Shown: positions 11,780 through 23,179 of the stretch, in pieces
Position numbering within the stretch: position 1 is the first letter of the stretch
How the letters are laid out: each line of letters opens with the position of its first letter
Assembly: GCF_036365525.1 (NCBI RefSeq)
Contig: NC_090390.1
Span: 55,720,153 to 55,784,152, forward strand
Origin: Heterodontus francisci
Lineage: Eukaryota
Length of the DNA: 64,000 bases
Direction of reading: 5' to 3'
Notes under the pieces: generated by a model
What the model saw: only the letters and a program-made list of their open reading frames with translations
Told to the model about the DNA's origin: nothing
The model's database searches: none
Translations under genes and position numbers: made by a program

Positions 11780-14553
11780 CTAAACTGCATTTACTTTAAT
11801 GCATGAAGCCTTACAGGTAAGGCAGATGAACTCAGAGCATGGGATTGTGATATTATAGCTGTTACGGAAACGTGGTTGAGGGATGTGCAGGACTGGCAGC
11901 TCAATGTTGCGGGGTACCGATCCTTCCGGCGTGACAGAGGTGGAGGTAAGAGAGGAGGGGGAGTTGCACTATTGATTAGGGAGAACATCACGGCAGTACT
12001 TAGAGAGGATATCCCGGGGGGAATGTCCAGCGAGGCCATTTGGGTAGAACTTAGAAATAAGAAAGGGGTGATCGCTTTGATGGGATTATACTATAGACCC
12101 CCCAATAATCAGAGGGAAGTGGAGGAGCATATATGCAGAGAAATCACAGATAGGTGTAGGAATTATAGTGTTGTAATAGTAGGTGATTTTAACTTCCCTA
12201 ATAATGACTGGGACTGCCTTAGGGCTAAGGTGGAGAAGAATTTGTTAAATGTGTCCAGGATAGTTTTCTGAAGCAGTATGTGGATGTTCCTACTAGAGAA
12301 GGGGCTACACTTGACCTCCTCTTAGGAAATGAGGATAGGCAGGTGGTTGATGTGTCAGTGGGGGAGCACTTTGGGACCAGTGACCACAACTCAATTAGCT
12401 TCAAGATAGTTATGGAAAAGGATAGGACTGGTCCTCAGGTTGAAGTCCTAAATTGGGGGAAGGCTAATTTCGATGGCATCAGACAGGAACTCTCAAAAGT
12501 TGAATGTGAGAGGCTGTTTACAGGTAAAGGGACGTCTGGCAAGTGGGAGGCTTTTAAAAGTGAGATAGGAAGAGTTCAGGGCTGGCATGTTCCTGTTAGA
12601 TGGAAGGTCAAGGCTGGCAAGTTTAGGGAACCTTGGTTGACGAGGGATATTGAGGGTCTGGTCAGGACAAAGAAGGAGGCATATGTCAGGTATCGGCAGC
12701 TAGGATCGAGCGAGTCCCTCGAGGAGTATAGGGGATGTAGGACTACACTTAAGAAGGAAATTAGGAGGGCAAAAAGGGGCCATGAGATTTCCCTGGCAGA
12801 TAAGATAAAGGAGAATCCTAAAAGATTCTATAAGTATATTAAGAGTAAAAGGGCAGCTAGGGAGAGAGTAGGTCCCCTTAAGGATCAGTGTGGCAATCTA
12901 TGTGTGGAGCCATAGGAAATGGGAGAGGTCTTAAATGAATATTTCTCATCCGTATTTACTGTGGAGAAGGTCATGGAAGCTAGTGAGTTCAAGGGAGGGA
13001 ACACCGATATCCTGGAGCATATCAACATTACAAAGGAGGAGGTGTTGGAAATATTGAAGCACATTAAGGTGGATAAATCCCCAGGGCCTGACCAGGTGTA
13101 TCCTAGGATGCTATGGGAAGCAAGGGACGAGATTGCTGGGGCCCTGGCAGAGATTTTTGTATCATCGTTAGCCATGGGTGAGTGGAGGATAGCGAATGTT
13201 GTGCCATTATTTAAGAAGGGCAGCAGGGATAAGCCAGGGAACTACAGGCTGGTGAGCCTTACATCAGTAGTGGGAAAGTTACTGGAAGGGATTCTAGAAG
13301 GCAGGATTTAAATGCATCTGGAAAGGCATGGTCTGATTAGGGATAGTCAGCTTGACTTTGTGCATGGGAAATCATGTCTCACGAATTTGATTGAGTTTTT
13401 TGAGGTGGTGACCAAGAGGATTGACGAGGGCAGGGTGATTGATGTTGTCTACATGGACTTTAACAAGGCCTTTGACAAGGTCCCGCATGGTAGGCTGGTC
13501 CAGAAGGTTGGAACACATGGGATCCAGGGTGAGCTAGCAAATTGGATACAAAATTGGCTTGGTGAAATGAGGCAGAGGGTGGTAGTGGAGGGTTGTTTGT
13601 CAGATTGGAGGCCGGTGACCAGTGGTGTGCCGCAGGGATTGGTGCTGGGCCCTCTGTTGTTTGTCATATATATTAATGACTTGGATGTGAATGTAAGGGG
13701 CATGATTGGTAAGTTTGCAGATGACACCAAAATTGGTGGTATCATGGACAGTGAAGAAGGTTGTCTAAGGTTACAATAGGATATAAATCAACTGGGAAAG
13801 TGGGCAAGGGATTGGCAAATGGAATTTAATGCAGACAAGTGTGAAGTGATGCATTTTGGGAAGTTAAACCAGGGCAGGACATATACAGTGAATGGCAGGG
13901 CCCTGGGGAGTGTTCTTGAGCAAAGAGACCTTGGGGTGGAAGTACATAGTTCCCTGAAAGTGGCAACACAGGTAGACAGGGTGGTGAAGAAGATGTATGG
14001 AATGCTTGCCTTCATCGGCCGAGGCATTGAGTACAAGAGTTGGGACGTCATGTTACAGTTGTACATAACGTTGGTTAGGCTGCATTTGGAGAACTGTGTG
14101 CAGTTCTGGTCGCCACACTACAGGAAAGGTGTGATTAAGCTAGAGCAGGTGCAGGAAAGATTCACAAGGATGTTGCCTGGTTTGGAGGGCTTGAGCTATA
14201 AAGAGAGATTGGATAGGCTGGGTCTGTTTTCCCTGGAGCGAAGGAGGCTGAGAGGGGACATGATAGAGGTATATAAAATTATGAGAGGCATAGATAGAGT
14301 AGATAGCCAGAGTCTGTTTCCCATTGTAGGGGTGACTAAAACTAGAGGGCATAGATTTAAGGTGAGAGGGAGGAGGTTTAAAGGGGATCAAAAGGGTAAA
14401 TTTTTCACACAAAGATTAGTGGGTATCTGGAATGAGCTGCCAGAGGAGGTGGTGGAGGCAGGAACAGTAGCGACATTTAAGAGGCATCTGGACAGGTACT
14501 TGAATGAGCAAGGCACAGAGGGATATGGAATTAATGCAGGCATGTGGGATTAG
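11780..14553 (+). pseudogene. CR1 ORF2 (APE endonuclease plus reverse transcriptase), disrupted
   Basis: Consecutive ORF fragments 11876-12271, 12280-12915, 12919-13311, 13312-13779 and 13819-14553 with canonical APE and RT motifs. Confidence 0.95.
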
Positions 14554-15464
14554 TATAGATAGGCATTATGGTCGGCATGGACACGGTGGGCCGAAGGGCC
14601 TGTTTCTATGTTGTACGACTCTCTGACTCTATATCAACAGGGCACACTAAAAATACGATCTGCTGTTCATCAAAGTCACACAAAACTGTTTGGTAATTAA
14701 CAGAATTAGGTTGTAAAAACTATGCAGATTCCCATTGCATTTAACCATAAAGTCCACGGGAAGCTGAGAAAATTTCAAAATGTACATTGCAGAGGCTCAT
14801 GAGATACAAAACTATTAATTGAAAACCAATTCAGAAATCACTCACACATGTAGTAAAATGAAATATAAAACTAAAAATTCTATGAAATAATGAAAACTGA
14901 CATTTTAAATTCTAAACCTGACTCATTTAACTCGACTGCTGTGTACAGCACAACCATCCAATACTAGTTTACGATTTCTTTCCTGCATTTCTATGGTCAC
15001 TGACATTCTATAATATGCCCTGGGGAGTTTCGTTATCTGTGGGATGGCTTCATTTAATTGAATATTTAATGCTCTCATGAACTTTTCTTGAATAAGACTG
15101 ATAACAGGAATATGCACCCACCTCAGCTTGCTCTTGAAAGTGCAACATTCTGACAAAGCCTGCTTCTGGCTAGATTGAGAATCCAGTTGTTATGTTCAAT
15201 AAATTAAAAATAATCAGCAGATAGATCCTCATTGTCTCACTTGTTACACAACATGTGATTTCATTATTTTCAGCATAACTGTGTAAATATGTGGGTGCAG
15301 TTTTGAGGGTGAATTATCCAGTGATCCAGTGGTTCAGGGGCACAAGAGGCATTGGGGGACTGGAATATCGATAACAGATCCATACAGTAAAATATGTGCC
15401 ACAGTGACTTTATAAGCTTGAGCTCATTCAAAATACTGCTGACGATATCCTAACTCAAACCAAA

Positions 15465-15935
15465 TCCCATTTACCCATTACCTCTGTGCTCACTGACCTA
15501 ATTGGTTCCCAGTTTGGCAACGCCATGATTTAAAACTTCTCTTCTTTGTTTTCAAATCCCTCCATGGCCTCACCGCTCCCTATCTCTGTAACTTCCATCA
15601 GCCCTACAATCCTCTGAGATACCTGCTTTCCTCCAAATCTGGCCCCTTGCACATCCCCGATTTTAATATCTCTACCATTGGCGGGCATGCCTTCAGCTGC
15701 CTAGGCCCTAAACTCTGTAATCCCCCCAACCCCAACAAGCCTCTCGGCCTCTCTAACTCTCTCTTCTCTTTTAGGACATTCCTTAAAACCTAGCTCTTTG
15801 ACAAAGCTTTTCTGTTCTAATATCTCCTTCTGTGCTCAGTATCAAATTTTGTTTGATAGTGCGCCTAAGCAGCTTCTCAGGATGATTTACTATGTTAAAG
15901 GTAGTATAGTATATACAAGTTATTATTCTTATTGT
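15465..15935 (+). mobile_element. L2-clade LINE 3' end
   Basis: Degraded ITSVLTDLxWFPV...FKSLHGLTAPYL motif, followed by an L2-type 3' tail ending in TTATT/TTGTT repeats. Confidence 0.8.
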
Positions 15936-17461
15936 TAGTACCAGTTGGTATTTGTTTGATACCAGGGCCATTTTTTCTTTATCCCATCTACCTGAGTGCC
16001 AGACAGACAGAACACATCCACTTGCAATGACCTGAAGTTGCCTGCATTTCCAGGTTCAGATAATTAATCTCAGCTCTGAACAGGCCCACTCCTCAGCAGT
16101 GCAGCACGCTCAGAAACAGTAGAGGAGGGGGGAAGGGCAGGGGGAATAGAAAGGTAAAGCTGCAGATCTCGGAGGTCAGCAGCAGTGGGAATAGTCACCA
16201 GTTTTGTGCCCTTCTGACTGCTGTTCAAACACAGCAGCCAGAAAGCCTCCAGGCCTTCAGATCCACGGGGAGGCTGCGAAAAGCAAAGGTTTTTAATTAC
16301 CCTTTTGGACCTCCCTTGTCTGCTGCTATCAGATTCTCTGACCTGAAAAGATCTAGGCTCACAACCTACTTATTCTGCAATAGCATCGCTGCTCCTGCAT
16401 GTCCTTTTCTGTGAACCTTCAGGAAAATAAGGCAAGACGACGGGAGTGCCTAATCTTACTTCATTACCATGGTTAGGTCTTACCATAAATACTTGTAAAT
16501 ACAAGCATTACCATTACCCTGCCACCACCCACCACCCACTCCCCACACCCCCCCAAAACCCTCCTCTCCAGAGAGGCCGCAGAAATCCCATGGCATTGCA
16601 AAGGGGACAGAGAGCCGATGTCCTGAACCACTGCCTTCTTTTCTGCTCCTTTGGAACATAGCATTCACCAGGCACACTCAACAGGCATATCACCCACCTC
16701 ATTTTTTGAAAAGGCTGCAATTTGTTTTTATCCTGACAGTAGATAATGTTTATTTGGAACCTAAAATTGACCTGCTGAGGTGGACTGAGTACTAGCTAAC
16801 CTAGAAAAAGCAAAGCATGATCATGAATGGAGCTGTATGAACATGACAAGGGGTCACTAGTGGAGGGGTTGCACAGGGATCAATGCTGGAACATACTTGC
16901 CGTACATATAAATGATCTGGAGATGGGGACACAGAGAGTGAACAGCTGGGGCCTTCAAAATTAATCTGGGTGGCTGCCCCAGGTCTCTGACCCTCCATGA
17001 TCATGACACTCCCTGCTCCTCTGCATTTTACCATGATGTCGACTACTCCGGCCTGATATTGAGGCCTCAATCTAGTGAGCTATAATGGGACCCCTGTCTG
17101 GCACCCCACAGCTCCCTGACAAATTTAAATGAGGCCGGAGCCTCAAAATCAAGGCTGCCTCTTCGCAGCCAGAACAGCTGATTGGTCACCCAAAAATCAA
17201 AATAGCACTCCGTTCTTTGAATATTTAATCAAAGCATGCTCGAATACATCACAAAGTTCCAACACAGTTTCACAATAAATAATATTTGAAAATGCAGCTA
17301 TTAGTTAAAACATGTTGTGCCAAAATAAAAACATTTCTGTTAGATTATTAGGTTACTAAAAAGTTACTGACCTGAATACTAACAGTTAAAATTTAGCTAT
17401 TGTAAACTAACAAATAAATAATTAATATAAACTAACATTTAGCTTTGTTAGAACCCTTCTT

Positions 17462-17953
17462 TGTAGTAACATAAAGTGGGAAAACTTAGGAAATAGGGCG
17501 CAATATAGACAAGATGTCAAAGTAAGGGAATTCTGGGAGATTATGTCAAGTTTTAAAATACTTACCTGCAGTAAAAGGGTGAGACCTTGAGAGCAGACAG
17601 CGAAAAACAGCTTGTCAAAACAAAGTGTAGATTTGCCTTGTAATGAGATAAGGAATGTAAAAGCATTGAGATAAAGTAGTCAACACAAAGGGGTATTCCT
17701 TGCGTAAATCTGAAAGGTTAGCAACCATCACAAAATGATCCTTGGCTGGTTACGAAAGCCATCCTTTAATACAAGACTAATTACTGAAAGAAGCCAGGAT
17801 AAAAGAAGCCTTGACTGTGTCCCTGTACGGCAGAGAATTTTTGAACCAGAAGAAGAGACAAGAGAGAGAGACCGAACAAAAAACTTGAAGACCAAAAGCT
17901 GCAAGATAAAGAGTCGTGCGCTCTGCTGTCCAGTCTCTAATATGGGTGATATC
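17462..17953 (+). mobile_element. Possible LTR (ERV-like), truncated by the adjacent Gypsy LTR
   Basis: Starts TGTAGT; purine-rich body; polyA-like GATAAA followed by a U5-like segment. No internal region seen. Confidence 0.3.
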
Positions 17954-17956
17954 TGT

Positions 17957-20360
17957 TGTCATGACCAGGTGAGGAAGGGGTCTCAGGCTCTCCGTTAGCC
18001 CTGGCCCTGGTTTGGCCGTAAACAGGGTTTAGCTTTTAAAACAAAGTGATTTTAACTTATCCCCTCAGTGAATCCTTGGCTCACTGCACTCTAATTGTAA
18101 TTGCAAATGAACCAACCAGACAGGTTTTCTTAGGTTTAAACAAGAAAGATGTACGTTTATTAGCCTTGTCACTCTAACTCAGTTAAAATTACTAAAATAC
18201 GCAAGCAACCACGCTAGCATGCATACGAGAGAAACACACACACAAATAGATACAGATGGGAAGAAAGAATTGGGGGGGGGTGGTGTTGTTGAAGTAGAAT
18301 TCGTAACAGAGGGAATTCAGTTACTGGGTGGAAATGTCCTTGATAAAAGTTGAAGTCTTGGAGTTCTCGCTAGGGCCCAGTACACAATTTCCAACTTGTT
18401 TCTCTGTTACCAGAAGGCTGAAGAAGTGCTCTGTCTTGAGGCTGAAGCTGCTGCTGTGAGTTCCTGGGACTTTGCTGGATCGAGAGAGAGAGAGAGACAG
18501 GGAGAGAGAGCTTCCTTCTCTTTGGTCTTCAAATTGCAGTCTGTTACCTTTCTGTCAGGCACAATTCAAACAGTCCCCAGTCTGGCCAGCAGGTAAGTCA
18601 TGTGACCATCTCTTCATTTGAAATCGCAACTTTTCAGTGGGTTGCTGGGCTTCAGAGTCTTCCAGACACTCAGCGAGGTGGGGGTGGCAGTACTGGTGAA
18701 GGTTTGTCTCTTACAAAGTCAATGGCTCTCAATGCCTTTTGATCATCACTATTGACAAAACCTATCTCGCTAATTGAATCAGGGAGCATTCCCATTTGTC
18801 TTTCTATTCACCTGTCTCTCAGAATGCAAATGTGCAACCGTGTTTGCAGCTGTTCAACTCTGTGGTCCTTTTAAACAAGTTAGGTTCAATTTCCAGTTAA
18901 AGAAAAAGGTTCAAGTAGTGTTAATATGTTTCCATTTGGCAGGTGAGACTTCCATCACACCTCCACCCTTGCCGAACGAAATTCGACATTAGGGGAGCAT
19001 TTAATTATAAATGAGAAGGGAGAGAAAGTACAGGATAGCACACATGCATTTCTCTCATTCATTTTCATTCATTCAGAAATCTTAAAATTGATACAGCCTG
19101 TCTTTCCTTTGTACCAGTGCTGCTTCAAACTGCCCCTTTTCTTTGAGGTGGGTCTGAGATAGCTATGTGTTGCCCAAGGGGTTTAAAGTTTCTTTAATAT
19201 CAGCTTGCAATACGTTGGGAATGGGCATCCCAATAAACATGTGATTTTTGAGCTTTGCAGATTTCTATGATTGTCTAGGGTTTCTTTGTTCCTGTTGAGG
19301 TCTGCAGGGGAATGGTTAGATTTAATTAGCCCTGGTTTGGAGCTCTGATCATGGGTGTCGGCAGTGAGCGGATCCACTCTGATCTCACTTCCAGTTTTAT
19401 GGTGAGTCATGCAAGCGCTGTTCACTTCAGGGTATGGTTGGTTCCCTTTTCTCCTGACTTTGGGTGGGGGGGGTGGAATTCTTTGCTAATCTTCCTTTTG
19501 TTCTGAGTGACATTCCTGCTTGCAGGTATTTGTCCAGATTCTATTGCACTCACCTGCGGCACTTTGACTAGTGAGGCATCATCCTCACGGTTTCTGTGCC
19601 GTCCTGAGGACTTTCTTCATCCTAGCAGGTTTCTGCAAATGCTGTTAGCAACCCTGGTAGGGTGCTTCAGTGTTCTGCATTTACATAGGAGGATGTGGGG
19701 TCTAATTTTTCCAACATTTCAGGGTTGGCTGATCGGACAGTAGGGGTTTTTATTTGGGAATCCTCCAGGACCTCCTTTAACCTGTCCTCTTTGTCCCTTT
19801 TTCCCCTTTGCTCTCAAACTTTTGTCAGCCCTGTGCCTGTCTGTCCCCTTTTGTTCTCAGCAGGGGTCCCTTACAATTCACCAGCCCTCTGCTGGAGGGT
19901 CCTCCTAATGCCGGTGCAGGAATTAGGGGTGCAGACTTCACTGCAGGTTGGGGTTTCTCCTCAACCTGGCACATGTGGCAACTCCTAAATCTTTGTGGCG
20001 TTTTAGCCAGTCAAACTGTTGTCTTATACGAGCTTTGGTTTTTCGTATACCGACATGTAGAGCCATTGTAATCTCATGGGCCATTCTTAATATTTTTCTC
20101 CAGTACCTCTGCGGCACCACTAACTGGTGAACCACTGTCCACTCTTTGTCCTCACGTCTGTGAGGAGAACTCCATTTCCTCATCAGTACCTCATTCTTTA
20201 AATAGAAGCAATCAGGGACTCCTCTGCTTCAAGTTCAGACTGGGCAGCCTGTGCTAACCTTCTCAATACTGGGTCAGCTCGCAGAGCCTCAATTAGGCAA
20301 GATCCATTTAATTCATTCCCTGGGTCTTCTAACTTTCCAAAGAAAGTTTCAGATAGACAG
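17957..20360 (-). mobile_element. Gypsy LTR retrotransposon remnant: 3' LTR (17957-18959), PPT and integrase Zn-binding fragment
   Basis: LTR ends TGTGATG...CATGACA on the minus strand. PPT AAGGGTGGAGG at 18960-18970. ORF 19938-20183 QLVVPQRYW..ILRMAH...HVGIRKT..RI.Q.FDW is an integrase HHCC region. Confidence 0.85.
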
Positions 20361-20408
20361 ACAGCATTTGCTATAGCAAATGTTGATGCAGGATCAGGTT
20401 TATCTATG

Positions 20409-20457
20409 CTGAGGTGATTCATAATCCTGAGGCAATTCATAATCCTGAGGCAAATCC
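20409..20457. repeat. 18-bp tandem repeat, ~2.7 copies (CTGAGGCAATTCATAATC)
   Basis: Units start at 20409, 20427 and 20445. Confidence 0.85.
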
Positions 20458-21234
20458 TATGTAGTAGTTCAGCTCTGAAATGCTCATCTCCAGGTTCATA
20501 CGAAGCAACGCTAAGCTGTTGATATTTAAAGGGAAGGAGGCACAGGGAGATCAGGTAAAAACTGTGTCTCCTGACCTTTTGTACAATCCTTGTATTTATA
20601 TTCACATTATATTGTATTTTTATTCACATAATGTGCTAAAAACACTTCCTATTAACTTTTTATGTGTAAATTATAAAGTTAAAACTAACCATTCTATATA
20701 AAAGTTCAAATTGTAAGGTGCTCCATGATGCTATTTTTGCCAGTCAAGGTGCCTGACACATGCTGTGACTTTTTTTTAATGGTACACATCTGTCTTTTTA
20801 CTGTAAGCATGCAGACAGGGTACACTGATTGGTGCTTACTTATTTATTGGATACAAGAAGCCATAGTAATTCTCAAGCAGCATAGAAATTGTTAACTGCT
20901 ATTCATTTAAAATTGGCTGGCACTGGAATACAAGTGCCATCTTCGGAAGAGGTAATTATAAGAAGAAATATATTTCTTCTCACATTTAACTCCAATTGAA
21001 CCTTCTGCAAGGCTGGAGTTTGGACGATGTAAGACAAGCAACTTCTTAGCTTCCCACATATTTTTGAAGAGGCTTACTTTCCTTGATTAATCCATTAAAA
21101 AGACAAAGACATCACCTCCCACAATAAAGCACCTACACTTGTAGAGATAGATGTCATAGATATCCAGCTGCTCGCTGACAGTTCAGCAATATTCAACTAT
21201 TTGCAACTCATCTGATAATAAAGTAGCCCAAGAC

Positions 21235-21620
21235 AGGAATATAAACAGAAAATGCTGGAATACTCAGCAGATCAGGCAGCATCTCTGGAGAGAGAAACGG
21301 AGTTAATATTTCAGGTGAATGACCTTTCATCAGAACTGGAAAAAAGCTCGAGGTATAACAGGCTTTAAGCAAGTACAGAGGTCGAGAAAGGGGGAGAGGA
21401 GGAAAGAACAAAAGGGAAAGTCTGTGATAGGGTGGAAGGAAGGAGGGATAAAATGACAAAAGGTACAAGGCAAAAGGAGATGGTAATGGGACTAAAGTAA
21501 AGTAACAAAAGATGGGACTAGAGAAGATGTAAATGGTGATAGCAGAATCACAACCAACAGTTGCAGTCCAAAAAAATGGAAGCAGAGGATATGATCTGAA
21601 CTTATTAAACTCAATGCTGA
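21235..21620 (-). mobile_element. Penelope-like element 3' end / pseudo-LTR fragment
   Basis: Same terminal motif (AAATGCTGGAA-TACTCAGCAG...GCAGCATCT-TGGAGAGAGAA) as the 30659 hairpin. Reverse strand carries the end of the GIY-YIG ORF (NIS/EFNKFRS, like 62260-62287). Confidence 0.75.
21301..21337 (-). ncRNA. Minimal type I hammerhead ribozyme motif (Penelope-associated)
   Basis: Minus strand reads AGTT-CTGATGA-A-AGGT-CATTC-ACCT-GAAA-T-ATT-AACT: both core boxes, 4-bp helix II, 4-bp helix I and a loopless palindromic helix III. Confidence 0.6.
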
Positions 21621-21669
21621 AATGTTATAAAGTGCCTGGTCAAAAGAGTACAATAGGACTGGATAATAT

Positions 21670-22390
21670 CCAGACTTAGGTTGACCAGTGGCAGATATCA
21701 TTTGTGCCATGAAGTGCCTCAAGTAAGCAAATCCCAGGTGCCTCCCCTTCACCTTCAATGACCCTACCATTGCTGAGTCTCCAACTACCTACATTCTAGG
21801 GGTCACCATTGACCAGAAGTTTAACTGAACTAACCGCATCAATACTATGACTACAAGAGCAAGGCAGAAACTGGATACTCTGTGGCAAGTGGCTCACCTC
21901 CCGATCCCTCAAATACTCTCTACCATCTAGAAATCTCAAGTCAGGAGTGGAATGAATTATTCAAAATTGACCTGGAAAGGTGCAACTGCAGCTACACTCA
22001 AGAAGCTCAACACCATCCATCAAGGTGCAGTTCTGTTAAATGGTGCCCCTGCAATTGGACTCAATATCCATCTCCTTCACTGGTGCACTTTGGCAGTAGT
22101 ATGTACAGTCTACAGAGTGCACTGTAGCAATTCATCAAGGTTATTTTGACAGTGCCTTGCTCTACTGCAGCCTCTATGACCAAGAAGAACAAGTTCAACA
22201 ATGTTGTGGGAACACTGTCACCTCCAAGTTCCCACTGAAATACTCAGCCATCCTGACTTGGACTTATATCGGGGTTCCCTCATTGTCACTGCATTTGATT
22301 TCTGGAATTTCCTACCTAATACTTTTTTGGGAGCACTATAACCAACTTGTCAGGGCAATGAGAGATGAGCAATAAATGTGGTCTACATTC
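21670..22390 (+). mobile_element. Old 3' fragment of the tRNA-headed CR1-group LINE family
   Basis: Colinear with 4430-5200 (ATLKKLNTIH, AVVCTVYRVHCSNS; GGGCAATGAGAGATGAGCAATAAATG tail). Confidence 0.8.
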
Positions 22391-23179
22391 TTACAAGTGA
22401 GAAAAGTACAAGTTAAGGAGGTTGAAAACTGAGGTAATACAACATTACAATTGCTGGGATAGGGTAATTATAGATGACTAGAATACATCAGCATTTTCCA
22501 TGCTAAAAGTGGAATTAGGAATTTATAATGGAAAAAGTTCACAAGTACATTTATGAATTTGAATAAGTTGGTCTAGTTGATTGTTCCCAGGGCATTGCAT
22601 ATAGGTTAGAGTCAAGGCAGTTTAATTGGATCTTTCTTATGGGCAAGAAGCAGGGGGGGGCATGTCAAACCTGCCAGATAGCATCAATTCGAGGTCAGGC
22701 TATTTTAACTTCAGGGCCTAATTTAAATTCAGCTGGCCAGCTGCCAGTATGAAATTGGCAGAAAGAAGCAGCTTGCTGTTCAACTTCGCAGCTCTTGTGA
22801 GATCATTGGACCTTTTCTTACACTGAAGCCAGGTTGTGGGATGATGCTGCTGGCACTGACCCTGCCAGCCACCTCTGTCCAGGCTAGTTGGTTAGTGACC
22901 CTGGTGTTGCTCCTGCAGATGCTGGGGAACAGTATCTTCTCGATACGATTGACTGGGCAGCCTATCAATCATATTAAAGCAAGATGTGGGAGGTAAAATC
23001 ACCCAGGCCTCAAGCTAGCAACATTGGTGGAGATGCCGAAATCTCACAACAGGTCACAACAGGGAAACCTGTGAAGTTGGAGCGAAGAAAGATTGTCCCC
23101 AAGCTTCTTTAGACTGTCCTAGACCCTCCTCCTCTGTCTCTTATTTTTCCTCTTTTCCATGTCTAGCAATGTTTGACTT

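Larger units (their letters stand above)
10275..14632 (+). mobile_element. Full-length CR1 (HER1-like) LINE, disabled by stops and frameshifts
   Basis: 5'UTR with tandem repeat and TATAAA. ORF1 from ATG 10695 (Zn finger, GDS, GTND and DGLH esterase motifs) to ~11645. ORF2 APE-RT pieces 11780-14553 (YMDFNKAFDKV, GVPQGLVLGP, KFADD). 3' hairpin GGGCCGAAGGGCC and GACTCT(C/A)T tail. Confidence 0.97.

Noticed and set aside
15122-15169. 48-nt minus-strand exon candidate (QKQALSECCTFKSKL) with AG/GT boundaries
   Set aside because: Weak polypyrimidine tract, and the region resembles a decayed DeuSINE-like repeat; no recognisable protein.
20409-20457. Short direct repeats as a CRISPR-like array (also 61984-62021)
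   Set aside because: Tandem with no spacers, eukaryotic context, no cas genes.
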